Below are positions 30,037 through 39,722 of a stretch of 50,391 nt of DNA, one piece after another (position 1 is the first letter of the stretch; every line of letters starts with the position of its first letter). Position numbers and translations under genes: made by a program. Under the pieces are notes generated by a model. It had not been told where the DNA came from and made no database searches. It saw nothing but the letters and a program-made list of their open reading frames with translations. Origin of the DNA: Bdellovibrio sp. (GTDB lineage Bacteria; Bdellovibrionota; Bdellovibrionia; Bdellovibrionales; Bdellovibrionaceae); NCBI GenBank assembly GCA_046318155.1, contig JBKCUU010000068.1, positions 1-50,391 of the forward strand, read 5' to 3'.

Positions 30037-31480
30037 AATGGCGGTGGGGGAATTCGCAGAGGAACTCGGCGCCTTGGCCGAGGGTCGAGACGGCGGTCAC
30101 GTGACCACCGTGCGATTGCATGATGTGTTTGACGATCGCTAAGCCCAAACCAGTGCCGCCAATTTCGCGGCTACGGCTCTTCTCAATTCGGTAGAAACGT
30201 TCAAACAAGCGCTCCAGGTGCTCTTCCGCAATCCCTGGCCCGTTGTCTTTGACAAACAACAAAATCTTTTTCGCTTCGCGGTCAAGCTTCCAGCTCACAC
30301 TGATCTGCCCGCCTTCTGGGATGTACTTGATTGAGTTTCCAATCAGATTGATCAAGACGCGCTCAACCATCGAGACATCAGCTTTAAAGGGCTCGGACTC
30401 GTCCACCAGCTTCAGCATGATTTTTTTTTCTGAGGCCAGAGGGGAAAGCTGCTCAAACACATCTTGCGTCACCACCTCGGGGTGAACCGTTTCCAGCTTC
30501 ATTCCACGCGAGTTCTCAAGAGTTGAGATGGTCAGCATGTCGTTGACCAGTTCAGTGAGGCGGTCGACGCTTCTTGCGATCGTCGCTAAAAACTGCGGGA
30601 TATGTTCGAACCGCCCAAGTGCCATGTCTTCGCGAGCGGTCTCGACAAAGCCTTTAACACTCGTTAAAGGTGTGCGCAGCTCATGCGAAGCATTCTCGAC
30701 AAACTCGATGCGGATCTGCTCGGCCTTTTTCAGATCCGAAACATCGTGAAACAAAACGATCACGCCATAAACAAGGCGCGTTTTCTCCTCTCGCAAAGGC
30801 GAAATCGTCACAGAAAAATATCGGCCGGTCGAATCCAGCATTGTACCCATGCGCTCTTGGAACGACTCGGTGACCCCCGCCGATAGCGCGTGTTCGACTT
30901 TTTTCAGCAACTCCGGGTCACGAAACAGATTCGTGAACAAAATAGGAGTGCCTCCCATATGATCTTTTAATTGATCGGCGCTTAAAAAGAGTGTGGCAAA
31001 ACGCGAATTGAAGAAACTCACCTTGCCATCACGGCTCAGCGAGATCACAGCATCCTGAAGATGGCTCATCAAAGTCTGCGACTCCTCGCGCTCGTGCGCC
31101 AGTTCGAGCCTTCTCTTTTTGAGTTTCTTACGAATTTTATCGAGCGCCGTTTCGAGTTCAAAATACTCGCCCGGCTCGCTCTCAAACAGGTCTTCATCAA
31201 TATTTGCGAACTCCGCCACTTGCTTTTTGCTCGCCAAGCGAAGGGCTTTCAGAATCACGCGCCGAAGCGGGAGGGCAAATCGGTAGGCGAAATAAGTTGA
31301 GCCTAAGATTGAAAAAACGAAAAAGCTTAAGATCAAAAAAAACGTGGGTTGACGATAAAACTTAAAATCAAAAACGTAGGAGGCAATGCCCAACGAGGCA
31401 ATGAACGACAGATTCAGTAGTGCCGCGAGCGCGAAAAAAAACTTTCGAAAAATCCGCCAGGGAAAGTACCGAGATCTCAT
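30035..31480 (-). CDS. phoR: Phosphate regulon sensor histidine kinase
   Basis: Two TM segments, PAS-like domain, EFVENASHELRTPLT, NLIGNSIKY, DNGPGI and FERFYR..SR..GGTGLGL motifs. Confidence 0.92.
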   Translation of the reverse strand: MRSRYFPWRIFRKFFFALAALLNLSFIASLGIASYVFDFKFYRQPTFFLILSFFVFSILGSTYFAYRFALPLRRVILKALRLASKKQVAEFANIDEDLFESEPGEYFELETALDKIRKKLKKRRLELAHEREESQTLMSHLQDAVISLSRDGKVSFFNSRFATLFLSADQLKDHMGGTPILFTNLFRDPELLKKVEHALSAGVTESFQERMGTMLDSTGRYFSVTISPLREEKTRLVYGVIVLFHDVSDLKKAEQIRIEFVENASHELRTPLTSVKGFVETAREDMALGRFEHIPQFLATIARSVDRLTELVNDMLTISTLENSRGMKLETVHPEVVTQDVFEQLSPLASEKKIMLKLVDESEPFKADVSMVERVLINLIGNSIKYIPEGGQISVSWKLDREAKKILLFVKDNGPGIAEEHLERLFERFYRIEKSRSREIGGTGLGLAIVKHIMQSHGGHVTAVSTLGQGAEFLCEFPHRH

Positions 31481-32199
31481 TCAGATCGAACTCGATACCC
31501 CACGCCGCGAATGGTTTCAATCCAATCCCCTTGAGTTCCCATCTTTTTTCGAAGCCCGAAAACATGTGTATCAATCGTGCGCCCTGTCACCGAGATTCCC
31601 TCGCCCTGCACGGTCTCGATCAGAGCCTCGCGCGTGAGCACGCGCCCTTGGCCCTTGATCATTTCAGACAGAATTTTGAATTCACTGGGTGTCAGGTGGA
31701 CGACTTCACTCGAGATTTTGCACTCGTGAGTGCCAAGGTTCATCCAGATCTCACCAATCTGCAGAACTTCGAGCTGGGCGGCTGCGCCCGTTCCTGCGTC
31801 GTGGCTCTTTTGCGCGCGCCTTAAGAGTGCACGCACCCGCGCCGCAAAGACCGAGGGCTCAAAGGGCTTGGTGATGTAATCATCGGCTCCCGCCTCAAGG
31901 CCAACGACGATATCATGCGGTTCAGTTTTAGCCGTGACCATCAAGACTGGTGTTTTAACTGCTGACCCTTGAAGGATTTTTAAGAATTCGACACCCGACA
32001 TTTGCGGCAGCATCCAATCCAAAACGATCAAATCAAATTTGCTTCTCTGAAGTTGTTCTTGGGCTTCAATGGCTGAACCGCAGCTTTGCACGCGGTGTCC
32101 TTGTCTCAGCAGAAGCAGACTGATGAGGTCACGAATTTCGACTTCATCCTCGACGACGAGCACTTGTGCCTGACTCAAGTCAGGAGAATTTACCGCCAT
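31477..32199 (-). CDS. phoB: OmpR/PhoB family response regulator
   Basis: VVEDE, LDWMLP, GADDYITKPF and wHTH (RTIDTHV..LRKK..IETIRGVGY); between phoU and phoR. Confidence 0.9.
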   Translation of the reverse strand: MAVNSPDLSQAQVLVVEDEVEIRDLISLLLLRQGHRVQSCGSAIEAQEQLQRSKFDLIVLDWMLPQMSGVEFLKILQGSAVKTPVLMVTAKTEPHDIVVGLEAGADDYITKPFEPSVFAARVRALLRRAQKSHDAGTGAAAQLEVLQIGEIWMNLGTHECKISSEVVHLTPSEFKILSEMIKGQGRVLTREALIETVQGEGISVTGRTIDTHVFGLRKKMGTQGDWIETIRGVGYRVRSE

Positions 32200-32842
32200 G
32201 TCGGACATCCTTCCCAGTGGAGACAAAGATGACATCTTCTGCAATATTGGTTGCATGATCCCCCAACCTTTCTAAGTTGCGCGCAATCAAGATCAGATCC
32301 AAACAAGCTTCTACTTGAGTGGGATTTTTTTTGATTTCCGCAGAAAGATCGCGAAACACCGCCGTTTTGCGAGTGTCGACTTCGTCGTCCATAAGAAGAA
32401 TCTTTTTCGCGAGTTCTGTGTCTTCTTTAACAAAACTATCCAGAGATTCCTTGACCATTTGGCGCACGATAACGCTCATCTCTTCGATGACTTGCAAAGA
32501 GTAGGCACCACCTCGGCTGAGGAAGTCCTTTCCGGTGAAGGCGATGTTCACGCACTGATCGCCCATACGCTCAAGATCCGCATTGATTTTCACCATTGAG
32601 AAAATCAAACGCAAATCACGTGCCTTGGGTCCTTGCTTGGCCATGAACTGCAAACAGGCGTCGTCAATCTTGATATGATCGCCATTGATTTGTTCTTCAA
32701 TCGTATGCACTTCTTTAAACCGCTCAGAATTCTTTTCGATCAGGCCTTGAATCACAATCTCAAGCGCTTTTTCGACGTGACCACCCATAGATAAAATGAG
32801 CTTTTTCAGCTCTTCTATTTGTGTGTCGACTTGTCTTTCCAT
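32180..32842 (-). CDS. phoU: Phosphate signalling protein PhoU
   Basis: P.ARDLR, DLERMGD and NLERLGDHATNIAE motifs; SD AAGGGG. Confidence 0.96.
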   Translation of the reverse strand: MERQVDTQIEELKKLILSMGGHVEKALEIVIQGLIEKNSERFKEVHTIEEQINGDHIKIDDACLQFMAKQGPKARDLRLIFSMVKINADLERMGDQCVNIAFTGKDFLSRGGAYSLQVIEEMSVIVRQMVKESLDSFVKEDTELAKKILLMDDEVDTRKTAVFRDLSAEIKKNPTQVEACLDLILIARNLERLGDHATNIAEDVIFVSTGKDVRHGGKFS

Positions 32843-32967
32843 GTGATTCATCCCCTTCGTCAAACTCGATCGTCGAAGAAATGGCAACAACTGACAAGGA
32901 TTAAAACCAAATCCTAACAGCCACAGCGAAGAACTGCTTGATCGAGATGCCAGCGGGCGTCATAATG

Positions 32968-34080
32968 TCATGGATTTTGTTTGAGACCCCAGGACCACGC
33001 GAGCATCCAACGGCTTCGATCCTCAGTCACCAGAGAATAGTTTTGTCCAAAACTTGTCGATTGAAACGTGAGGGCCAAATTCATTCCGGAACGCCCCAAG
33101 GTTCTTGAAACACCAAGCACAGTTTGAAGGATGCGCTTATCGGCGTCGGCTTGATCAGCCTTGAGCTCAGCCGCACGCAAAAAGGCGCGCCATAACTTGG
33201 GCGCCTCACCCCATTTACTGCCGACCCAGAGCTCGGCCAATGAACCGGTTGTCACCTGCCCGCCTTTTGCTGACAGATTCACACCTTCTCCGAATTGACC
33301 ATTGAGACCGTCAACCGAGTCCTTCGTCAAAACAAAGTTACCACCCAACGTGATGAGGCTTGCTTGATAAAAAGCTTGAGCCCCCGCGCGCTCTTTGACG
33401 TTGCCGTCTTCGCTCAGCTTGTCGTAGCCACCCCATCGGTAAAAGAGTTGGTAGCCGCTCGAAGTTTCGGACCAAGTAGTTCTTTGCTCCCAACTGATTT
33501 GAAAATCTTTGCGAACACCAGTTTCGGGTTCGGGCCAGCCTTCTCCATTGGTGACCTGCCAATTCAAAATCCCCGGTCCCAAGAGCGAGCCGAGTGAAAA
33601 TCCCAGGTCAGAACGTGGGATAAGTTTCCATTTTGAAAGTCCCGTTTCGAAATCAACGCCGTAATCCGAGGCCCAAAATGAGCCCCAGGCAAAATCGACA
33701 ACGGGATCTTGCAAAAGACCCAACGCCACATCGGGTCCTCCCGTCCACATCAGCTTGAGCTGATCCCAACCAAAAATGGGCTCTTGATCATTCGAGCTTC
33801 TCTGGGGACCAACGTGCCCCGAGATGACAACCACGTAAGGTTCTTGGCGTGATCGCAACTGGTTTTCAAATCGCAAACTTCCCCAGTCCGTCTGAGGGCG
33901 CCCCCGCTTGGAAGATGGCTTCTGCTCGACGATAGAGTTGGCTTGAGCTCTCACCATGGCCGACCATTCCCATTCACTTGCAGCAGCAAATTCTTCTTGT
34001 TGCGAAAAAGTTTGGCCCCAAGCGCAAAACGTGAAAGCCAAGAGAAAAACAAGGGCGGAAGCTGGGTAAAGTCTATTCAT
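32968..34080 (-). CDS. Outer-membrane beta-barrel / porin-like protein
   Basis: Signal peptide; alternating aromatic-rich strands; DLG...NGEG..E....KD motif; co-oriented upstream of phoU. Confidence 0.65.
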   Translation of the reverse strand: MNRLYPASALVFLLAFTFCAWGQTFSQQEEFAAASEWEWSAMVRAQANSIVEQKPSSKRGRPQTDWGSLRFENQLRSRQEPYVVVISGHVGPQRSSNDQEPIFGWDQLKLMWTGGPDVALGLLQDPVVDFAWGSFWASDYGVDFETGLSKWKLIPRSDLGFSLGSLLGPGILNWQVTNGEGWPEPETGVRKDFQISWEQRTTWSETSSGYQLFYRWGGYDKLSEDGNVKERAGAQAFYQASLITLGGNFVLTKDSVDGLNGQFGEGVNLSAKGGQVTTGSLAELWVGSKWGEAPKLWRAFLRAAELKADQADADKRILQTVLGVSRTLGRSGMNLALTFQSTSFGQNYSLVTEDRSRWMLAWSWGLKQNP

Positions 34081-34089
34081 CGTGCAGTC

Positions 34090-34118
34090 ATGCTACCGAC
34101 TTTTGCCAAAGGCCGCAA
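34090..34118 (-). promoter_or_regulatory. Putative sigma70 promoter of the porin-like gene
   Basis: Minus strand TTGCGG-N17-TAGCAT, 9 nt before the ATG. Confidence 0.45.
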
Positions 34119-34170
34119 AAGGCAAGTCACCACTTGAGAAAACAGTGCTTTTGTCTCATGATCGAGCACG

Positions 34171-35118
34171 ATGACCATCGAGAAAAAACGCCTCGCCGCC
34201 ATTGATATCGGAAGTAATGCTATTCGCATGGTGATCGCTGAGTCTTCGGCGCAAGGCGTCCGGATGCTTAAAAAGTATCGCATTCCCATCCGTCTCGGCG
34301 CTGATGTCTTTGAAAAAGGACGCATCTCCGGCAGAAACCTCAAAGCCGCCGCGCGAGCTTTTCGTAAATTTCGTGAGGTGGCGGGCAAGTTCGAAGTGAC
34401 TCGCATTCGCGCTGTTGGAACAAGTGCTTTGCGCGAGGCAAAGAATCGCAATTCTTTTGTCGAACTCATGCGACGTAAAAGCGGGATTCGTGTTGAGGTC
34501 ATCGATGGCGTTGAAGAGGCTCGGCTCATCCACCAAGTCGTCGCTAAAGAAATTCACCTGGAGGGACACCGGTCGCTGCTCGTCGATATTGGCGGCGGCA
34601 GTGTTGAACTGACGATTTCCGAAGCCGGCCTCATGACCGCGACGCAAAGCTTTCCGTTTGGGACTGTGCGAACACTCAATCTGATGAAAAAGAAGAACCT
34701 CACCGAAACTCAGTTGAGTCTCGTGATTGGTGAATTTATCACGCCTCTCTCAAATTTTATCCATGCCCAAGCAGGCGACTCGGTTCTTGATTTTGCCGTG
34801 GGCACGGGAGGCAATCTTGAGGCCCTGGGACGCTTAAAGACTTTGATCCTTAAAAAAAGCTCTAAAAGTGTGCTGAGTTTTACCGAGCTCAATTTGATTA
34901 TCAGCAGACTCCAATCAATGACAATCAAAGAGCGGATCGAAAGACTCGAGCTGCGAACGGATCGCGCCGATGTCATTTTGCCTGCGGCGCTTGTCGTTCA
35001 GGCGGTTATGAGGCAGTCCAATCTCGAAAAGATTTTGATTCCGTACGTCGGTCTTAAAGATGGAATTTTATGGTCGATGGTTTCGCACAACCGCTCGATC
35101 AAGATGTCTTCGTCGTAG
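34171..35118 (+). CDS. ppx: Ppx/GppA exopolyphosphatase (short form, no HD domain)
   Basis: AAIDIGSNAIR, GTSALREA.N, IDGVEEARL, DIGGGSVE, RADVI and GLKDG motifs. Confidence 0.93.
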   Translation: MTIEKKRLAAIDIGSNAIRMVIAESSAQGVRMLKKYRIPIRLGADVFEKGRISGRNLKAAARAFRKFREVAGKFEVTRIRAVGTSALREAKNRNSFVELMRRKSGIRVEVIDGVEEARLIHQVVAKEIHLEGHRSLLVDIGGGSVELTISEAGLMTATQSFPFGTVRTLNLMKKKNLTETQLSLVIGEFITPLSNFIHAQAGDSVLDFAVGTGGNLEALGRLKTLILKKSSKSVLSFTELNLIISRLQSMTIKERIERLELRTDRADVILPAALVVQAVMRQSNLEKILIPYVGLKDGILWSMVSHNRSIKMSSS

Positions 35119-35187
35119 CGCGACGAAAGGCTGGACTGCCAAGGGTAGGTTTGTGTGCCATCCCTGCCCATGAGACGCTAAATACTC

Positions 35188-37413
35188 ATGGCAAAACCGC
35201 GGGAAAAGAATTCAGATCGCGCCGTTCTCATCATCTGTTTGCTGATCTGCATGCTGAGTCTTCCCTTGTTTTTTGAAGGGGTTTATACGCGAATCTTTTC
35301 TGGCATGGATGGCGGCGGAGAATCAATTATTGGCTTGGTTCTGCAGCCCAAAAATGACGTCCGTCTCAAAACCAAGAACTCATTGGGCTGGGAGACCTTA
35401 AGAGCGTCCGAATCCAAATTGCGTTTGGGAAGCTCGATCTTCAGCGGCGCGGGATCAGAAACGACAATCCGCCTTGACCAAGGATTAACGATCAAATTGA
35501 TGATCAAAATGAAAGAAAACTCCCTGATCAAGTTCAACAGAGTCGGCGATTTTATGATTCCCGAAATTGCTTTCGGCAGTTTCGAGCTCAGCTCCACGGG
35601 CGGGATCCAGGTTATGAAAGACGGTCAGATTTATGCCATTCAAAACACGTCTGGTGGAAACGTTCACCTCTTTGCCGATGCCAGCGGCATCAAAGCTTTC
35701 GATGACCAAGGTCGACCAATCACCCTCTTCACTCCCGGCCAATCGATGGCACAAATCCCAGTGGGATCAACACCATCGCCGATCAAGGCGATGGATCTTT
35801 TGCCCGCAGATCAAGTCGTCCAGATGGACGCCCGCCTTGATGACTTTTACCTTGCCGACGCAGCCTATGACGGTTCTTATTGGAGAAAATCCGGACCTGA
35901 GATTAAGCGCCAACTGTATTTTTCGTGGCAAACTTCGGTCGCGCCGATGAAGCAAAAAGTTCAGCACGCGACAAATCCCGAGATGAGAGAAGCCAAAACT
36001 TACCTGACTCAGAGTCAAAATCAGGTTTTAGTCGAGCGGCTGTTTATCGGCAGCAATTTCTGGCGAGTCATGCCTGATGAAACCGCCTGGTCAGAGACCC
36101 GTCATTTCGAAGTTCAGCTCAAAACCTTTGCCACCAGTTTACGGCTAACCACTAAACATCAAAGTCCTTGGCTGACCTTGGTGCCGACTCGCCTGCAACT
36201 GCAAGTGAGCGGAACGACTCACCCCGATTTGGCCGGCACCTTGATCGAAATCTCGCGCCAAGGTGATGTCCTTGCTCAAGACCGAGCTTTTTTGTTTGCT
36301 CCAGGCCAGCCCATCGTTGTTCCTTTGGACGAAACTGGAACTTACAGCATCAGAGCTCGCGAGGTTCTGAACAACCGCTTGATCTCGGGCGCCTCATCCG
36401 CACTGCGACTCGATGTTGTCAGACCTGCCCTGCCAGATGCGCCGGAGTTCTTGGGACCTGCCGTTAAGCTTGGTCTTTCGCAGCTGACGCAAATCGAATG
36501 GACGATGCCGACGAAGGCCAAACAATTTGATCTTGAAATTCACAATCTCACCACTGGCGAAAAGCAAACTCGAAGCGTGCAGGATAACAAATTGGGCTTT
36601 CAATCTGACAGTGCTGGAACTTTTAACGTTCGCGTCCGCGCCCGCGACCATTACGGTCAACGCAGCGCCTGGTCCCTGTCGAAAGAAGTCGAAGTCATGG
36701 CTCCTTTGAGCGCGCCGCCGGCACTGGCGCAAAATATCGAAAATGACTTTAACACCCGTGCCAAGCTCCCGTTCTCAAAACCCAGGCCCATCTTTTATAA
36801 TGACAATTATGATAGCGACGCTCTCTCTTCCGAAGTCTCGGGTTACGTCATGACATCGAGCGAGCAAAAAATACTGTCACGTGAGGTCGCGCTTGGGAGC
36901 ATTTTGGGTCTTCGCATCCGTAAAAACTTCTTTCAGCAGCAGGCCGCCGAAGCGCATATTCGGATCAAGACGATCAGCTTCAATGAAACCGCGCCTTCCT
37001 CACTTTATTCAGCCGACGTTCGTTACTTTTACCGGCTGCAAACCGATTGGATTAAAGCTTGGAAATGGCGGCCCTTCTTTTCACTCGGTGTCGGGGCCGA
37101 AATGTTGAGGTCTCAAAACGAAAAGATCTTTAGCCCCGCGTACGATTTGGCCAAATTGGGTTTTCGGGTGAACTTTCCCTATCTAAGGTCTTGGACCATG
37201 GGCGGCGATGTCTTCTTCGGACAGGCAACTGATTCCAGCACTAAACTCGAAGTGGCGGGTCACTTTGGGTACTTCTTTGACCATCGCTTCTCTGCCGGCC
37301 TTGGTTATCGGGTTTATTACTTTGAGGCCGCAACGGCCGCGTCGACTCCCCAGGGGCTCCCGTTCCGTGAAGCCTTTGGTGAGGGGTACTCAGTTTTTCG
37401 TTACCATTTTTAG
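35188..37413 (+). CDS. FecR-like + Ig/Fn3-like repeats + C-terminal beta-barrel protein
   Basis: N-terminal TM; NDVRLK....GW..IFSG..SETTI..ENSLI (FecR-like); FWRV..WSE.R.F, GTYSIRA and VRARD.YG..SAWS (Fn3-like); amphipathic strands ending in FRYHF. Confidence 0.75.
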   Translation: MAKPREKNSDRAVLIICLLICMLSLPLFFEGVYTRIFSGMDGGGESIIGLVLQPKNDVRLKTKNSLGWETLRASESKLRLGSSIFSGAGSETTIRLDQGLTIKLMIKMKENSLIKFNRVGDFMIPEIAFGSFELSSTGGIQVMKDGQIYAIQNTSGGNVHLFADASGIKAFDDQGRPITLFTPGQSMAQIPVGSTPSPIKAMDLLPADQVVQMDARLDDFYLADAAYDGSYWRKSGPEIKRQLYFSWQTSVAPMKQKVQHATNPEMREAKTYLTQSQNQVLVERLFIGSNFWRVMPDETAWSETRHFEVQLKTFATSLRLTTKHQSPWLTLVPTRLQLQVSGTTHPDLAGTLIEISRQGDVLAQDRAFLFAPGQPIVVPLDETGTYSIRAREVLNNRLISGASSALRLDVVRPALPDAPEFLGPAVKLGLSQLTQIEWTMPTKAKQFDLEIHNLTTGEKQTRSVQDNKLGFQSDSAGTFNVRVRARDHYGQRSAWSLSKEVEVMAPLSAPPALAQNIENDFNTRAKLPFSKPRPIFYNDNYDSDALSSEVSGYVMTSSEQKILSREVALGSILGLRIRKNFFQQQAAEAHIRIKTISFNETAPSSLYSADVRYFYRLQTDWIKAWKWRPFFSLGVGAEMLRSQNEKIFSPAYDLAKLGFRVNFPYLRSWTMGGDVFFGQATDSSTKLEVAGHFGYFFDHRFSAGLGYRVYYFEAATAASTPQGLPFREAFGEGYSVFRYHF

Positions 37414-37572
37414 TTTGCTTCAATCTGAATCAGACCTGTTCACAGACAAGGCAGTATTCACCGATCTTGCTTGCAAGAGGTCTCTCGCGCTTGATGTTGA
37501 CAGTTTTTGAGTAAACGTGTCACAAAACACTGAACCAAAGTCGGCCTTACCATTTAGTTTTGAGGAGCAGAT

Positions 37573-39204
37573 ATGGCAATCATCAAACATTTTAAAACTC
37601 TGGTCTCGGTTTTATCTCTTGTCCTTGCATTTGACCTACAGGCGGCACCGCTCTCGCCGCTACAAACCGAAGCTTTAACTCAACTTGATTGGTTTCATGA
37701 TTTGATTTCAGAAACTTACGAAGCCAAAGAAATCAAAAGTGCGCTCTTCGGTTGGGATCTTCAAACCGAAACAGCCCTTGCACAGCAAAGAATTGCACGC
37801 AACAGTTCTGATGATAAGCAAGTTTATCAGCGAATATTTCGCGATTATTTTAAATCGGCTCGCGACTATCATGTGCGGGTTCTTTCTTCTTCCAAAGCAA
37901 CCTCAACACTTCCCTTTCGAATTCGCAAGGCTGAGGGTCGCTATTTTATCAGCGAGATTGATGCTCAGTTTACAGATTTACAAGGCCTGGCCGTGGGAGA
38001 CGAGGTCATCGGTTTTGATGACCTCGATATGCCTGCGGCGATTGCACGAACCAAAATAGAAATGCGAACCATGAGCCATGTTCCGACAGATGATGCCTTG
38101 GCCAGTATAAAGCTCACCTCTGCAAGCGCGGCAAACCTTGATGTCTTACGCCAGGGCCCCGTTGAGATACGAATCATTCCTAAGGGAGAAGTCTCGACCC
38201 AAACCCTCAGTTTCAATTGGAATTACCAGGTACTTGCTCAGCCTTCAATTAGACACGATACTTTTTTTGAAACTCACAATTCTGACTTTGCAGGTTTAGA
38301 CCCAGCCACAGGAGCTAAAAACGGCCCGCTCCCTAATTTTGGCAAAGTGCTGTGGCAAAATAAAGCTGATGGAAGTTTTAGAGCCTACATTTTTGAACTT
38401 GGACAAAAGAAAATCGGAGTCATCCGAATTGCCACATTCAATGGCAATCAAGATTTTGTTGATGAGTTTGCGACGCTTGTCGCAGCAATGGAAAGAGAAA
38501 CGGATGCCTTAGTCTTAGATCAGACGAACAATCCTGGCGGCCAAATTTTCTACACCTATGCCTTGGTCACTTATTTAATTCAAACTCCAGTGGCGACTCC
38601 GCTATTTCGTCAGTCTGTTTATAAATCAGTTGTCGATTTCAATCAGCGGCAATTAGAGGCCATCAACAGATCAACAACTCTTGATGAACTTAAACAAAAT
38701 TTGAGCTCATTTAAATTTTATGGTTTTCCGATAACATGGAGCCTGGCCCAGGATCTCAAGGAGTATAACGAAAACTATTTGCGCGCGTTCGCTAGCGGAC
38801 AAAAAATTCTTGAACCTCAGTTTCGCCGAATAAGAACCCTCTACCCGGCCCCTCATGCCGTCACGTATACAAAGCCAGTTTTAATGCTGATTGATCAACT
38901 TGATATGTCTTGTGCAGATATGCTTCCTGCTTTTTTACAAGACTTGGGCCGAGTCAAACTTTTTGGGGAACAAACCAGTGGCGCCGGCGGGAACAATGAT
39001 ACGGGTGTTGTCCCGAGCAATTCATTTGGTCTAGCGACATGGTCACTGACGACCACGACGATGCTTCGAAAAGATGGCAGCTATTTAGAGAATAATGGTG
39101 CTAAACCTGACTATCCCTATTCATTAACGGTCTTCGATCTTCAAAACAATTACTCAGGATATGTTGGTGCAGTTCATGCGGCTTTAATTGACATGTTAAA
39201 GTAA
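37573..39204 (+). CDS. S41 family serine protease, CPAF-like, secreted
   Basis: Signal peptide; DYHV, PDZ-like region, IGVIRI.TF, LDQTNNPGG, DMSCAD, GAGG and LENNG motifs; SD GAGGAG. Confidence 0.88.
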   Translation: MAIIKHFKTLVSVLSLVLAFDLQAAPLSPLQTEALTQLDWFHDLISETYEAKEIKSALFGWDLQTETALAQQRIARNSSDDKQVYQRIFRDYFKSARDYHVRVLSSSKATSTLPFRIRKAEGRYFISEIDAQFTDLQGLAVGDEVIGFDDLDMPAAIARTKIEMRTMSHVPTDDALASIKLTSASAANLDVLRQGPVEIRIIPKGEVSTQTLSFNWNYQVLAQPSIRHDTFFETHNSDFAGLDPATGAKNGPLPNFGKVLWQNKADGSFRAYIFELGQKKIGVIRIATFNGNQDFVDEFATLVAAMERETDALVLDQTNNPGGQIFYTYALVTYLIQTPVATPLFRQSVYKSVVDFNQRQLEAINRSTTLDELKQNLSSFKFYGFPITWSLAQDLKEYNENYLRAFASGQKILEPQFRRIRTLYPAPHAVTYTKPVLMLIDQLDMSCADMLPAFLQDLGRVKLFGEQTSGAGGNNDTGVVPSNSFGLATWSLTTTTMLRKDGSYLENNGAKPDYPYSLTVFDLQNNYSGYVGAVHAALIDMLK

Positions 39205-39342
39205 AAAGACTGGAGAGGGGGCTCCGCCTCCTTCGAAAACAACATCTAGCGAGCAATGAGCCTCTGGCTCGATATTTGAATTCTCAGTTTGAGGCGTTTC
39301 GTTAGCAGTTATCCCTGGACAACTGGCTTATCAGAGCCGGAC

Positions 39343-39369
39343 TAAAGTCCCGCGATAAAAAACCGATAA
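39343..39369 (+). promoter_or_regulatory. Sigma28 (FliA)-type promoter
   Basis: TAAA-N15-ACCGATAA; ATG at 39377. Confidence 0.7.
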
Positions 39370-39376
39370 GAAGCTG

Positions 39377-39664
39377 ATGAAATTTGTTCTGGGATTCACG
39401 CTGTTGGCGCTTAGCATGCTCTCCACTGGCTGTAACAAACAGATGGATGAGTTTGTGTCAGGTATCACACGGAGTAAGCCCTCATTAAACGACCTCATTC
39501 CGTTCGAAGACGATGGCGTCACCTCAGTGAGAGTGAGTGTGGGTGAAGAAAAAGTCAGCAGCCCATCTTACGCGGGGCAAATCGTCATCGGTGCGCCCTT
39601 CGATCAGATTTCGAGTAGCAGCGTCTCGGCCTCAATTGCCATCAGTCGGACAGCCGTCGAGTAA
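39377..39664 (+). CDS. Small lipoprotein
   Basis: Signal peptide with lipobox-like STGC; beta-rich mature part. Confidence 0.75.
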   Translation: MKFVLGFTLLALSMLSTGCNKQMDEFVSGITRSKPSLNDLIPFEDDGVTSVRVSVGEEKVSSPSYAGQIVIGAPFDQISSSSVSASIAISRTAVE

Positions 39665-39687
39665 GTCCTTCGGATCTCACTCACAAA

Positions 39688-39716
39688 TTGACCTCGGCCC
39701 GACTCTTCAACATAGT
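39688..39716 (+). promoter_or_regulatory. Putative sigma70 promoter (leaderless)
   Basis: TTGACC-N17-CATAGT; GTG at 39723. Confidence 0.55.
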
Positions 39717-39722
39717 TAAAGA

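Noticed and set aside
32885..32925. Pho box upstream of phoU
   Set aside because: CTGTTA and TTGTCA units are not in 11-bp register. Only a short AGGATT-N7-AATCCT repeat is present.
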